A stretch of DNA of 60,155 nucleotides from the sequence record DRR723986_3293; one strand, written 5' to 3'. The position numbers and the translations under genes were made by a program. The notes beneath the pieces were generated by a model. The model searched no databases. It saw nothing but the letters and a program-made list of their open reading frames with translations, and was not told where the DNA came from. Positions 29,777 to 39,713 of this stretch are shown one piece after another. Numbering within the stretch: the first letter of the stretch is position 1; each line of letters begins with the position of its first letter.

Positions 29777-30997
29777 ATGACTGCCTACCGCTATCGCGCC
29801 CTGAATGCCGAGGGCAAACTCGTCAAGGGAGTGCTCGAGGGTGATTCCGAGCGCCAGGTCCGCGGTCAGCTCCGTGGCCAGGCACTGCGACCGGTCGAGG
29901 TCGGGCTGGCCAATCGCCCGGCAGCCAATGAGGGTCGGCTGCGGATTCCGCTGTTGCGTGCCCGGGTCAGCGTCGCTGAGCTGTCCCTGGTCACCCGGCA
30001 GCTGGCGACCCTGGTCCAGTCAAACCTGCCGCTGGATGAGTGCCTGCAGGCGGCGGCCGAGCAAAGCCGCAAGGCCAGCACCAAAGGCCTGCTGTTGCAG
30101 GTGCGCTCCCGGGTGGCGGAGGGGCATACCCTGGCATACGCCATGGGCGAGTTCCCACAGGTCTTCAGCGAGATGTACCGGGCCATGGTGAATGCCGGCG
30201 AGCACGCGGGCTATCTCGGCCCCGTGCTGGATCAGCTTGCCGACTATACCGAGCAGCGCCAGTACACCGGGCAGAAACTGCGCATGGCGATGATTTATCC
30301 CTTTGTGCTGATCGGTGTTGCGATTGCAGTAGTGGTGGCACTGATGGTTTTCGTGGTGCCGGAGCTGGTCGGTATTTTCGCCCATACCAGTCGCGAATTG
30401 CCGCTGCTGACCCGGATGCTGATTGCGGCCAGTGACTTCTCCCGTGACTACGGGCTGTGGGTCGCCGCCGGTTTGGTGGCCCTGGTATTTATTGTCCGGC
30501 GCTTGTTGCGCCATCCGCGTCGGCGCAAGCGCTGGCACCGGCTGCAGCTTTCCCTGCCCGGCATTTCACGGTTGGTTATCGCCATCGATACGGCCCGCTT
30601 TGCCTCCACTCTCAGTATCCTCATGGCCAGTGGCGTGCCGCTGTTGGACTCACTGCGGATCGCCGGGCAGGTGCTCAGTAACCTGGTGTTGCGCGAGGAC
30701 AGTGCCGCCGTGGCCGAGCGGGTGCAGGAAGGTAGCAGCCTGCACCGGGCGCTGGCCCAGAGCGGCCACTTCCCGCCCATGATGGTGCATATGGTTGCCA
30801 GCGGTGAAACCAGTGGTGAGCTGGAAACCATGCTCGACCGGGCGGCGCGTAATCAGGAACGGGAGTTGGAGATGGCGCTGGGTACCGCGATGAGCCTCTT
30901 TGAACCACTGATGGTAGTGGTGATGGGTGTCATGGTACTGACCATCGTGCTTGCTATCCTGCTGCCGATTTTCGATCTCAATACAATGGTAAGGTAA
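29777..30997 (+). CDS. gspF: type II secretion inner-membrane platform protein F
   Basis: TRQLATL, AGEHAG, MIYP, ASGVPL, GETSGELE.ML, FEP. Confidence 0.95.
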   Translation: MTAYRYRALNAEGKLVKGVLEGDSERQVRGQLRGQALRPVEVGLANRPAANEGRLRIPLLRARVSVAELSLVTRQLATLVQSNLPLDECLQAAAEQSRKASTKGLLLQVRSRVAEGHTLAYAMGEFPQVFSEMYRAMVNAGEHAGYLGPVLDQLADYTEQRQYTGQKLRMAMIYPFVLIGVAIAVVVALMVFVVPELVGIFAHTSRELPLLTRMLIAASDFSRDYGLWVAAGLVALVFIVRRLLRHPRRRKRWHRLQLSLPGISRLVIAIDTARFASTLSILMASGVPLLDSLRIAGQVLSNLVLREDSAAVAERVQEGSSLHRALAQSGHFPPMMVHMVASGETSGELETMLDRAARNQERELEMALGTAMSLFEPLMVVVMGVMVLTIVLAILLPIFDLNTMVR

Positions 30998-31001
30998 GCC
31001 C

Positions 31002-31451
31002 ATGAACAATATGCAACGACAGCCTCGCGCGGGTGCCGGTTTCTCGCTGATTGAAATCCTCGTGGTCCTGGTGATCATGGGTCTGCTGATCAGCGTGGTA
31101 GCGCCTACGGTGCTGAACCGGGCAGACGAGGCCCGGGTACAGAAGGTCTACGCCGACTTCAAGTCGATCGAGACCGCGCTGAAGATTTACCGCCTCGATA
31201 ATTTCGTCTACCCGAGCACCGAGCAGGGACTCGAAGCCCTGGTGGAGCCCAGCACCCTGGATCCCGAACCGCGCAACTTCAAGGAAGGCGGCTACCTGTC
31301 GGAAGTGCCGGTTGATCCCTGGGGACGCCCCTATCTGTTTCTTAGCCCCGGCGAGAATGGGGAGGTGGACCTGTATTCCCTCGGTGCCGACGGGCTGTCC
31401 GGTGGCGAAGGACAGAACGCCGACCTCGGCAATTGGAAGGAACAGGAGTGA
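31002..31451 (+). CDS. gspG: major pseudopilin G
   Basis: GFSLIEILVVLVIMG, YRLDN, YPSTEQGLEAL, DPWGRPY, SLGADG. Confidence 0.97.
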   Translation: MNNMQRQPRAGAGFSLIEILVVLVIMGLLISVVAPTVLNRADEARVQKVYADFKSIETALKIYRLDNFVYPSTEQGLEALVEPSTLDPEPRNFKEGGYLSEVPVDPWGRPYLFLSPGENGEVDLYSLGADGLSGGEGQNADLGNWKEQE

Positions 31452-31457
31452 TCTGAC

Positions 31458-32024
31458 GTGCCCCGGCAGCGCGGTTTCAGCCTGCTGGAATTGCTGGTCG
31501 CCCTCTTTGTCGTGGTGATCATCACCTCGCTGGTTACGCTCACTATCAGCAGTGGCGGTCAGGACATGCGCCTCGATACCGAGGTCAGTAATCTTGCAGA
31601 CGTGGCGGCCTACGCTCTCGACGAGGCCCAGCTCAGCGGCCTTGATTACGGTCTACTGCTGAGCCGGCGCATCGAGGCAGGTGAAACCCAGTACTCCTAC
31701 AGCTGGCGTCAGCGGCGACCCGAGGGTTGGCGCGAGCCACAACCGTCGGCGGAACTGTTCGTCGAACGAGACTTCACATTCGGGCTGGAACTGGAGCTGA
31801 CCCTGGGAGAGCTGCCGGTTCCAGACTTCGCCGGCGATGATCCCGCTGTCGATACCGCGCCCCAGGTAATTTTCTATAGCAGCGGCGAGACCACGCCGGG
31901 AGCGCTCGAATTCATGCGCCAGGACACCGGCGAAGTATTGTGGCGAGTGCAGTGGGACCTGTTGGGTCGCTTTGAATTACTGCGCCATGGCGAACCTCCT
32001 GTCGAGGGGGTCGACGATGTCTAG
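31458..32024 (+). CDS. gspH: minor pseudopilin H
   Basis: Class III signal GFSLLELLV; PQVIFYSSGETTP; operon position. Confidence 0.85.
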   Translation: MPRQRGFSLLELLVALFVVVIITSLVTLTISSGGQDMRLDTEVSNLADVAAYALDEAQLSGLDYGLLLSRRIEAGETQYSYSWRQRRPEGWREPQPSAELFVERDFTFGLELELTLGELPVPDFAGDDPAVDTAPQVIFYSSGETTPGALEFMRQDTGEVLWRVQWDLLGRFELLRHGEPPVEGVDDV

Positions 32025-32529
32025 GCGGCGCATGACCGGGTTTACCCTGATTGAGGTCATGGTGGCACTGGCGGTCGTGGCGATCGCCCTGCCGGCACTG
32101 CTGTTCACCCTGTACCAGCAATCCGACGGCGTCGAATACCTGCGGGATAAGTCCCTGGCGCAGATCATTGCCGCCAACAGGTTGACCGAGGTTCGCCTGA
32201 GCTCCCGCGCCCGCAGCAGCTTGCTGCAGGGTACCGAGCTTGGTACCAGTGAGCTGGCCGGGCGCGACTGGTTCTGGCGCGTGGCCAGCGAGGCCACCGA
32301 GGTGCCGCAGTTCTTTCGTATTGAGGTTAGCGTCGGTCTCGGTGATGACCCTGAGGGACAGGCACTGCACACCCTGGTGGCCTTCATGTCGGCGGACCTC
32401 GCCCAGGATCCGGATCCCGCGTTCCAGGATGCCGGTGAGCAGGATGACAGTGTCGAGGACCAGCCGGAGGAAACGCCGGATACAGGAACGGACCTCGAAG
32501 CGCAGCAGGGCGGAAGCAGCGATGACTGA
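32017..32529 (+). CDS. gspI: minor pseudopilin I
   Basis: GFTLIEVMVALAVVA, YLRDKSLAQIIAANRL, ELAGRDWFW. Confidence 0.9.
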   Translation: MSRRRMTGFTLIEVMVALAVVAIALPALLFTLYQQSDGVEYLRDKSLAQIIAANRLTEVRLSSRARSSLLQGTELGTSELAGRDWFWRVASEATEVPQFFRIEVSVGLGDDPEGQALHTLVAFMSADLAQDPDPAFQDAGEQDDSVEDQPEETPDTGTDLEAQQGGSSDD

Positions 32530-33169
32530 TCGCCAGCGGGGCTTTACCCTGATTGAGGTGCTCATCGCCCTGGCGATAACCGCCTTCGTCGCAGCGCTCG
32601 CCTATACCGGCCTTTCCTCGGTTATCAGTGGGGTCGAATCGGTGCGGGCGGGGGCGAACCGCAGCTATGAAATAAACCGGGCCTTTATGCTGCTGTCCCG
32701 CGATCTCCGCCAGTTCGTCGATCGCCCGGTGCGTGACGAGTTCGGGGCCACCGAGCCGGCATTGGTTGGTGGCCTGGCGGCGCGCTACGCCCTGAGCTTC
32801 ACCCGTTCGGGGTGGCACAACCCGAATACCTTGCCGCGCAGTAACCTGCAGCGGGTCAATTACCTGCTCGAGGACGATGCCCTGTGGCGCGAGTCCTACC
32901 CGGTACTGGATCGGGCCGGGGATACCGAGGCGGCGCGGGTGCGCCTGCTGGACGGGGTGGAAAGCATGGAGCTGGCATTTCTCGGGTCGATCGACGAACT
33001 TCGGCTGGGCCGCGGTATTGCTGTAGATACCCGTCAGTGGATCGAGAACTGGATCGCCGACACCAGCGATCCTGACGCCGCACTTGGGCCGCCGGTGGCG
33101 TTGGAAATTACCCTCCAGTTGGCCGACCTTGGGGAAATTCGGAGGCTGTATGCGCTCCCGCCGCTGTAG
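32522..33169 (+). CDS. gspJ: minor pseudopilin J
   Basis: GFTLIEVLIA, RDLRQ..RPVRDEFG, FTRSGWHNP, RSNLQRV. Confidence 0.92.
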   Translation: MTDRQRGFTLIEVLIALAITAFVAALAYTGLSSVISGVESVRAGANRSYEINRAFMLLSRDLRQFVDRPVRDEFGATEPALVGGLAARYALSFTRSGWHNPNTLPRSNLQRVNYLLEDDALWRESYPVLDRAGDTEAARVRLLDGVESMELAFLGSIDELRLGRGIAVDTRQWIENWIADTSDPDAALGPPVALEITLQLADLGEIRRLYALPPL

Positions 33170-34184
33170 CCAGGGCGCGGCGTCGCGGGTTCAGCGCGGT
33201 GCCGCGCTGGTACTGGCGCTGCTGGTGTTCGCGATCTGTGCCGCCCTGATGGTGGCGATGCAGCGGCAGTTCACCCTGTTTTACCAGCGTGCCGCCAACC
33301 TGTTCCAGGGTGAACAGGCCTACGCCTACCTGCGCGGTGCGGAGGATCTCGCCTCCCTCGCCCTGGTCATGGACTACGACCAGGACAAGCAGCGCGACCA
33401 GCCCCGCGATGACCTTGGCGAGGTATGGGCCCGGGAATCCCCGCCTTATCCGTTGGAGGAGGGCGGCTGGCTCATGGGTTCACTGGAAGACCTGCAGGGG
33501 CGCTTCAATCTCAACAGCCTCGCCGCGAGGGTTGGCAACGAGCAGGCCCAGGGAGCGGCGCGTTTTACCCCGTCCCAGGCCCAGTTTATCCGCCTGCTGC
33601 AAGCGCTCGGCGAGCCGGCGCTGACGGAGCAGGAAGCCATTGCCATAACCGAGGCGGTCGGTGACTGGCTGGACCGCGACCAGGAGGTACGATTCGATGG
33701 CGCGGAAGACGATTATTACTTCGTGCAGACCCCGGCCTACCGGGCGGCCAACAGGCCCATGGCCAGTGTCAGTGAGTTACGCGCGGTAGCCAATGTGTCG
33801 GACGAACTGTACCGGGCGCTTGAGCCCTGGGTCACCGTTTGGCCAGCGAATCCACTGCCTCTGAATATCCACACCGCGCCGCCGATGGTACTGCGCAGTA
33901 TCAATGCGGATGATGACCTGTCGCCGCTGACCGAGGCTGACGCCCTGAGTCTGGCCACAACCCGCGGTGAAAGCGGCTTTGTCGACAAACAGGCCTTTCT
34001 CGACGACCCCGTGTTTGCCGGTGCCAATATGGCGGGTGCGGCCACCGTGCTCGGTGAATCCTCCTCGAATTTCCTGCTGAGCGCGCGGGTCGAGATTGCC
34101 GACAGGGAAATGCGCTTGTACAGTGTGCTGCGACGCCAGCAGCGCCAGGTGGTGAGTATGGTGCGCGCCAGTGGGAGCCTCTAG
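33150..34184 (+). CDS. gspK: minor pseudopilin K
   Basis: QRGAALVLALL, LEDLQGRFNLNSL, DWLD.D, GAEDDYY, SELRAV, LNIHTA. Confidence 0.92.
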   Translation: MRSRRCSQGAASRVQRGAALVLALLVFAICAALMVAMQRQFTLFYQRAANLFQGEQAYAYLRGAEDLASLALVMDYDQDKQRDQPRDDLGEVWARESPPYPLEEGGWLMGSLEDLQGRFNLNSLAARVGNEQAQGAARFTPSQAQFIRLLQALGEPALTEQEAIAITEAVGDWLDRDQEVRFDGAEDDYYFVQTPAYRAANRPMASVSELRAVANVSDELYRALEPWVTVWPANPLPLNIHTAPPMVLRSINADDDLSPLTEADALSLATTRGESGFVDKQAFLDDPVFAGANMAGAATVLGESSSNFLLSARVEIADREMRLYSVLRRQQRQVVSMVRASGSL

Positions 34185-34222
34185 GTTCGTCCATCGGGCG
34201 GCCGTTGCGAGATGATGGAGAG

Positions 34223-35431
34223 ATGACCGTAAACAAGCACTGCAATGTATTGCGCCTGGAGCGGGGCAGGCTGGCCTGGATTCGCCCGGACAGCGATGGC
34301 GCTCCCCAGTGGCTGGATGACCCGGCCGTGCAACAGCGTTTCCAGGCTTTGCTTGATGAGCAGCGAGTACCGGTGTGTTTTGCCGCCCCCGGCAGTGAGG
34401 TACGCCTGCAACAGTTGGCGATTCGCCCCGAGGAAAAGAAACACCTGCTCAAGTCATTGCCCTTCATGCTCGAGGAAGAGCTGGCCCAGGATGTCGCCAG
34501 CCTTCATTTTGCGACGACCGAACTCGACAAGCTGGAATACGGGGTGGCGATCTGCTCCCGGGAACAGATGCACCGGTGGCAGGCGCTGCTGGCGGACCAC
34601 GGGGTTACGCGCTGGTTACCCGAGCCCCTGCTGCTGCCCTGGCAGCCGGATGAATGGTGCCTGCTGCTGGAAGGCGAGCGGGCGGTCCTGCGCACCAGCG
34701 CCTGCGAAGGGGCCAGTATGGAACGGGAATTGACCCCGGCACTGCTGGAGGCAGCCCGTTCGGTACGCGGTGGGCCGCGCACCCTGGTGATTTATGGCGC
34801 AGATCAGGACGCGGATCTTGCCCTGGTGCCGGACGAATTGCTGGCCGTTGTGCAGTGGCGCCGCGGCGGGCTGGGTGCAGCGCTGTTGCTGGCAGATATT
34901 GATAGTGCGGGGCCCGATCTGCTGCAGGGGGAGTTCGCGCCGCGCCTGCCGCTGGGTCGTTGGTGGCAGCACTGGCGGGCGGTCGCCATCCTGTTCGCCT
35001 GTGCACTGGGGCTGAACCTGATCGCCACCTGGGCCGAGTACCGCCAGCTCGATCAGCAGAATCTCGCCCTGCGTGGCGCAATTGAGCAGAGTTATCGCCA
35101 GGCAAACCCGCGGGGCGCCGTGGTCGATGCTGAGAAGCAGTTGCGGCGCCAGCTCACCGAATTGCGTGGCACCGGCACTAGCAGTGGCTTTGTCAGCCTG
35201 GTGCAGGAAGTTGGCGCGGTCATTGCCGGACAGGCCGGGACCACGATCGCCAGCCTGAACTACAGCCAGCGCGCCGGGGAATTGCGCCTCAACATCCTCG
35301 CCGAGGACTACCCCGCCGTCGAGCGAATCCGTGAGGGCATTGTTCGCGCCGGACTGGAAGCGGTAATGGAAAGTTCCAGTGCCCAGGGCGACCAGGTTCG
35401 GGCGCGGCTGCGCATAGGGGAAGGCTCGTGA
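34223..35431 (+). CDS. gspL: type II secretion protein L
   Basis: Actin-like cytoplasmic domain (LPFMLEEELAQDV..LHFA), DLLQGEF, single TM. Confidence 0.88.
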   Translation: MTVNKHCNVLRLERGRLAWIRPDSDGAPQWLDDPAVQQRFQALLDEQRVPVCFAAPGSEVRLQQLAIRPEEKKHLLKSLPFMLEEELAQDVASLHFATTELDKLEYGVAICSREQMHRWQALLADHGVTRWLPEPLLLPWQPDEWCLLLEGERAVLRTSACEGASMERELTPALLEAARSVRGGPRTLVIYGADQDADLALVPDELLAVVQWRRGGLGAALLLADIDSAGPDLLQGEFAPRLPLGRWWQHWRAVAILFACALGLNLIATWAEYRQLDQQNLALRGAIEQSYRQANPRGAVVDAEKQLRRQLTELRGTGTSSGFVSLVQEVGAVIAGQAGTTIASLNYSQRAGELRLNILAEDYPAVERIREGIVRAGLEAVMESSSAQGDQVRARLRIGEGS

Positions 35432-35901
35432 AGGACTGGTTCTATCGTCTTACTACCCGCGACCAGCTCAGCCTGCTGCTGTTGGCGGCGGTCGTGTCGT
35501 TGTACCTGGTGTACATGCTCCTGTGGTCGCCGCTAACGGAGCGCCGCGACCAGATGGCACAGCGGAATCTCGTGGCCACCGAGTCTCTGCAACGCGTGGA
35601 CAGCATGGTTTCCGAAATTCTGCGTCTGCGCGATGCGGGCGGTGGGCAAGCGCGCCCGGGTAACCTGACCGGGATCATCAACCAGTCCACCGCCAGCGCC
35701 GGGCTCAGCGTCAGTCGCCTGCAGCCCAACAGTCGAGGGGAGGTCCAGGTCAGGCTTGAGGCGGTGTCCTTCGACAGCATGCTCGGCTGGCTCAATACGC
35801 TGGAGGGGCGCGAGGGTTTGCTGGTGCAGGAAGTCTCTGTCACCCAGGCGGGCGAAGGTGGCCTGGTAAACGCGACGGTCAGGCTGGGCCAGGGGAGTTG
35901 A
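35428..35901 (+). CDS. gspM: type II secretion protein M
   Basis: W..LTTRDQ, TM, coiled coil, RLQP, VSFDSMLGWL, GLVNATVRL. Confidence 0.88.
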   Translation: MKDWFYRLTTRDQLSLLLLAAVVSLYLVYMLLWSPLTERRDQMAQRNLVATESLQRVDSMVSEILRLRDAGGGQARPGNLTGIINQSTASAGLSVSRLQPNSRGEVQVRLEAVSFDSMLGWLNTLEGREGLLVQEVSVTQAGEGGLVNATVRLGQGS

Positions 35902-35905
35902 GCTG

Positions 35906-36646
35906 GTGAGCAAGACCCGTCTGGCCCTTATCGTCGGCCTGCTGTTTCTCCTATTGTTGATCGTTCGCGCCCCGGCAGGCCTGCTGGGCGCTTTGCTTCC
36001 GGCTGACAGCGTGCTGTTGTCCGGTTACGGCGGCACCCTCTGGCGTGGAAGCGCCGCCCGCGCCCTGGTCGCGACCCCCGGCGGCTGGTTCCATCTGGGG
36101 CGCGTCAGCTGGCAGCTTAAACCCTGGTCCCTGCTATTGCTCGCGCCAAGGCTGCAGGTCGATGCCAATTGGGGTCGACAGCATATGCAGGGCGAGATCG
36201 CACTGGTCGGCAGTAAGTCGTTTACCCTGCGTGGATTCGAGGCGGCTTTCGATGCCTCCCTGGTGCAGCAGCTCGCGCCGCTGGCGCTCGATGGCGTGCT
36301 AACGGCAGATTTCGAACGGCTTGAAATTGATGAGGGCCTGGTGGTCCAGGCCGCCGGCCGCCTGGTGTGGGAGCGAGCGACCTGGCTGGCCCCACGCGGC
36401 TCGCAGGCCCTGGGCAGCTATGCCATGGAGCTGGGTATGCAGGATGGTTCGGTATCAGGCGAGGTGCTTACCCTCGCCGGGCCAGTCACCGCCAATGGCC
36501 GGATTCAGCTTGCCGGCCGCCGCTACGCAGTTGATCTCGCCCTGGGTAGCGAAGGCGCCATGAACCCCCAGCTGCAGCAGGCACTATCCCTGGTGGCGCG
36601 CCCGGTTGCCACCGGCTATCAGTTGAACCTGGAGGGCGAGCTCTGA
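35906..36646 (+). CDS. gspN: type II secretion protein N
   Basis: N-terminal TM, RAPA, GTLWRG, LGRVSWQL; last gene of the gsp operon. Confidence 0.85.
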   Translation: MSKTRLALIVGLLFLLLLIVRAPAGLLGALLPADSVLLSGYGGTLWRGSAARALVATPGGWFHLGRVSWQLKPWSLLLLAPRLQVDANWGRQHMQGEIALVGSKSFTLRGFEAAFDASLVQQLAPLALDGVLTADFERLEIDEGLVVQAAGRLVWERATWLAPRGSQALGSYAMELGMQDGSVSGEVLTLAGPVTANGRIQLAGRRYAVDLALGSEGAMNPQLQQALSLVARPVATGYQLNLEGEL

Positions 36647-36721
36647 AGACCCAGCCGGGTCCACATAGGGCTGCCGCTAACTTATACTAGTCACGCTTTG
36701 CACGAGGAGACGCCAGCAATC

Positions 36722-36901
36722 ATGAGTGATGCCCCCTACCGAAAATACGAATGTGTGATCTGCGGATTTATCTATGACGAGGCGGCAGGCCTGCCGGAAG
36801 ACGGCATCGCCCCGGGAACGCGCTGGGAGGATTTGCCGGACGAGTGGGAATGTCCGGATTGTGGTATCTCCAAGGCGGACTTCGATCTGCTTGAGGAATA
36901 A
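36722..36901 (+). CDS. rubredoxin
   Basis: [10 protein letters not shown]...[29 protein letters not shown]. Confidence 0.95.
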   Translation: MSDAPYRKYECVICGFIYDEAAGLPEDGIAPGTRWEDLPDEWECPDCGISKADFDLLEE

Positions 36902-36925
36902 GCCCCTGCACCCGGGAGAGTGCCC

Positions 36926-38242
36926 ATGAGTAAGAGCCTGCTAGCTTTGCTGGTCACTGTGCTGGCGTCATTGCCCGCCACAGTACCTGCTGCGGACCAA
37001 GCGGCCGACACGGTGCCCATGGCGGGTATTCCCCCCGAGCGCTCATCCCAGGTGACCATGGGCAACTATCGGCAATTTCCCTATAGCCGCTGGGCGTTTC
37101 GTAATGTGGGCGCGCCGCTGAACGTGGTGATGATCCCGCGCCAGGGCAGCATCAGTGACTTTGCCGCCCCCAGTCAGCCCGAGATCGGGGAGCGCCGATT
37201 TACCGATCTCCACGGCCGTGAACTGTCTCTGGAGCGCCTGTTTGAAGCCAACTTCGCTGATGGTCTGGTGATCGTCAGGGGTAAGGAACTGCTGTACGAG
37301 GCCTATTACCACGACTTCAATCCCCGTGCGCAGCACATCTGGTTCTCTATGACCAAGTCCCTGGTCAGTGCCGCATTCGGCATCCTGGTAGAGCAGGGGA
37401 GGGTTGACCTGGCTGCGTCCCCGGCGCGCTACCTGCCGGAACTCAAGGGTAGTGGCTTCGAGCGGGTTACGATCCAGCAGGTGCTCGATCATGCCAGCGC
37501 TATCGACTTCCGGGAAAACTATACGGATCCGGAGTCCGACTTCTTCCGGTTTTATGCTCCGGCCCTGAATCTGGCCTGGCTGCCCGGTGCGCGGGATGTA
37601 CAGCCGGGTGAATCCGAGATATATGGCGTGCACGACTTCCTGGTGCACTTCATCAAACCGGATCCGGCACTGCAGCCCGGTGAGGCTTTCGATTACAACT
37701 CCAGCAATGCGGATGTGCTGGGCTGGCTTGTTGCCCGGATCAGTGGCCAGAGCCTGCAGGATTTTCTGCAGCAGCACGTGTGGGCGAAACTCGGTGCCGA
37801 GCACGACGCGTATATTGCCGTCGACCGCGCCTTCATGCCGGTGGCGACCGGTGGCATGAACTCCACGACCCGCGACGCTGCGCGCTTCGGCATGATGATT
37901 CGCGATCGTGGGCAGTTTGCCGGCGAGCAGGTGCTGCCAGCGGAGTGGATTGACCAGATCGTGGCGGTGGACGATCAGCTGGAAGCCATGATGGCGGCCA
38001 ATGCCAAATACCAGGCCGACCCCTGGCAGGCCTATCACAATATGTGGTGGTTGCTCGACGCGGCAAAGGGGGAATTCTGTGCCGTTGGCGTGCACGGGCA
38101 GGTTATCTACATCAACCGTGCCAGCGATACCGTAATGGCCTGGTTTTCCAGCCAGCCGGTGGCATCAGCCGCGGGTAACAAGGATTTTCATTCCAAGCTG
38201 AAGGCGGCGCGCGCGCTGGCAGTCGAACTGGCCCAGCCCTAG
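36926..38242 (+). CDS. exported serine hydrolase, beta-lactamase class C fold (NylB/6-aminohexanoate-dimer hydrolase-like)
   Basis: Signal peptide, HIWFSMTKS (SxxK), FDYNSSNADVLG, RDAARFG, GVHGQ. Confidence 0.85.
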   Translation: MSKSLLALLVTVLASLPATVPAADQAADTVPMAGIPPERSSQVTMGNYRQFPYSRWAFRNVGAPLNVVMIPRQGSISDFAAPSQPEIGERRFTDLHGRELSLERLFEANFADGLVIVRGKELLYEAYYHDFNPRAQHIWFSMTKSLVSAAFGILVEQGRVDLAASPARYLPELKGSGFERVTIQQVLDHASAIDFRENYTDPESDFFRFYAPALNLAWLPGARDVQPGESEIYGVHDFLVHFIKPDPALQPGEAFDYNSSNADVLGWLVARISGQSLQDFLQQHVWAKLGAEHDAYIAVDRAFMPVATGGMNSTTRDAARFGMMIRDRGQFAGEQVLPAEWIDQIVAVDDQLEAMMAANAKYQADPWQAYHNMWWLLDAAKGEFCAVGVHGQVIYINRASDTVMAWFSSQPVASAAGNKDFHSKLKAARALAVELAQP

Positions 38243-38323
38243 CTGCTGATCGTGCGGCACTGCTGAACGCGCGGTCGTATTTGTGTAGACTGCGTCAAAA
38301 CTGCGCTCACTGGAGATAATAAA

Positions 38324-39676
38324 ATGGCAGCAGGCGGCGCTCACGCCAACTGGTCCTCTCGTTTTGCCTTCCTGATGGCCTCGGTGGGCTTTGCCGTTGG
38401 CCTGGGCAACATCTGGCGGTTTCCTTATGTAACCGGTGAGAATGGCGGTGCGGCCTTCGTTATCGTCTACCTGGCCTGTGCGTTTTTTATCGGTGTACCG
38501 ATTCTCATGGCGGAGCTGATGATCGGCCGCCGCGGTCAGGCAAGTCCGCCGATAGCGATGGCCAAGGTCGCTGCCGAGAGCGGTAAGTCGCGGCAGTGGC
38601 AGTGGGTCGGTGGGCTTGGTCTGCTCGCCGCCTACACCATCGAGATTGTGTACGCGGTGGTAGTGGGCTGGGTGCTCTGGTATCTCTACAAGGCACTAAC
38701 CACCGGTTTTGTGGGGGTTGATGCAGACATTGCCGCCGCCGAATTTACCGGCGTACTGTCCAGCAATGGCGGCATGCTGTTCTGGACCCTGATCGGCCTT
38801 TCGATTACCGGTCTGATCATTTATTCGGGGGTGAAGGACGGCATCGAACGCGCCGTGAACGTGATGATGCCGCTGATGTTCCTGCTGTTACTGGGGCTGG
38901 CGGGTTATAACTACTTCGCCGGTGGCTTCAGCGAGGCGCTTACCTGGCTGTTCACTCCGGACTTCAGCAAGATTGGTCCGACGACGGTGCTCGCCGCGAT
39001 CGGGCAGGCCTTCTTCTCTATCGGCGTCGCCATGGGCGGTATGATGACCTACGGGTCCTATCTGCCGCGTTCCATCTCGATTACCCAGTCGGTGCTGATA
39101 ATCGTCTTTGCAGATACGCTGGTGGCCTTGCTGGCTGGGCTGGTGATTTTCCCGGCAGTGTTCCACCACGGCCTTGACCCTGCCGCGGGTGCGGGCCTGA
39201 TATTCCAGACCCTGCCGGTGGCGTTCGCCCAGATGCCTGGCGGGCACCTGTTCAGCGTGCTGTTCTTCGTGATGCTCTCCGTCGCCGGGATTACTTCCAT
39301 GGTCGGCCTGGTTGAGTGCGTCAATGCCTGGATTGAGGAGCGTTTCGGTATCCCGCGGCACAAGAGCGCGCTGCTGGTGGTCGGTTCGGTCGCTGTCCTG
39401 AGTGTTATCAGCATCCTGTCCTACAACGTGCTCAGTGAGTTCAATTTAGGCAGCAAGAACTTCAACGACACGATGGATTACTTCTCCAACCAGATACTGC
39501 TGCCGGTGGGCGGGTTGTTGCTCGCAATCTTTGCCGGCTGGGTGGTCAGTAAGGATCACAGTCGCGATGAGTTCACCTCGCTGGCGCGCGGTGCCTACGA
39601 GTTCTGGCACTTTCTGATTCGTTTCGTGGTTCCACCGGCGGTACTGATTATCTTCGTGATGGGCGTCATCCAGTAA
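38324..39676 (+). CDS. sodium:neurotransmitter symporter (SNF/NSS) family transporter
   Basis: WSSR, AVGLGNIWRFPY, GQAFFS, TYGSY, GAGLIFQTLP. Confidence 0.92.
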   Translation: MAAGGAHANWSSRFAFLMASVGFAVGLGNIWRFPYVTGENGGAAFVIVYLACAFFIGVPILMAELMIGRRGQASPPIAMAKVAAESGKSRQWQWVGGLGLLAAYTIEIVYAVVVGWVLWYLYKALTTGFVGVDADIAAAEFTGVLSSNGGMLFWTLIGLSITGLIIYSGVKDGIERAVNVMMPLMFLLLLGLAGYNYFAGGFSEALTWLFTPDFSKIGPTTVLAAIGQAFFSIGVAMGGMMTYGSYLPRSISITQSVLIIVFADTLVALLAGLVIFPAVFHHGLDPAAGAGLIFQTLPVAFAQMPGGHLFSVLFFVMLSVAGITSMVGLVECVNAWIEERFGIPRHKSALLVVGSVAVLSVISILSYNVLSEFNLGSKNFNDTMDYFSNQILLPVGGLLLAIFAGWVVSKDHSRDEFTSLARGAYEFWHFLIRFVVPPAVLIIFVMGVIQ

Positions 39677-39713
39677 TCATTCGCGGCGCCCTGGAGCCGG
39701 TATTGCCTGCGTG

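Noticed and set aside
27598-29778. 726-aa minus-strand ORF (also 3240-4718, 8049-9314, 37043-38095, 39861-40991)
   Set aside because: Shadow frames opposite clear genes, expected from high-GC codon bias; no motifs.
36722-36901. Rubredoxin as a sign of alkane oxidation
   Set aside because: No alkB, P450 or rubredoxin reductase nearby.
36926-38242. AmpC beta-lactamase resistance gene linked to ampDE
   Set aside because: Motif context fits NylB-like/esterase members; no ampR, and it lies far from ampDE.
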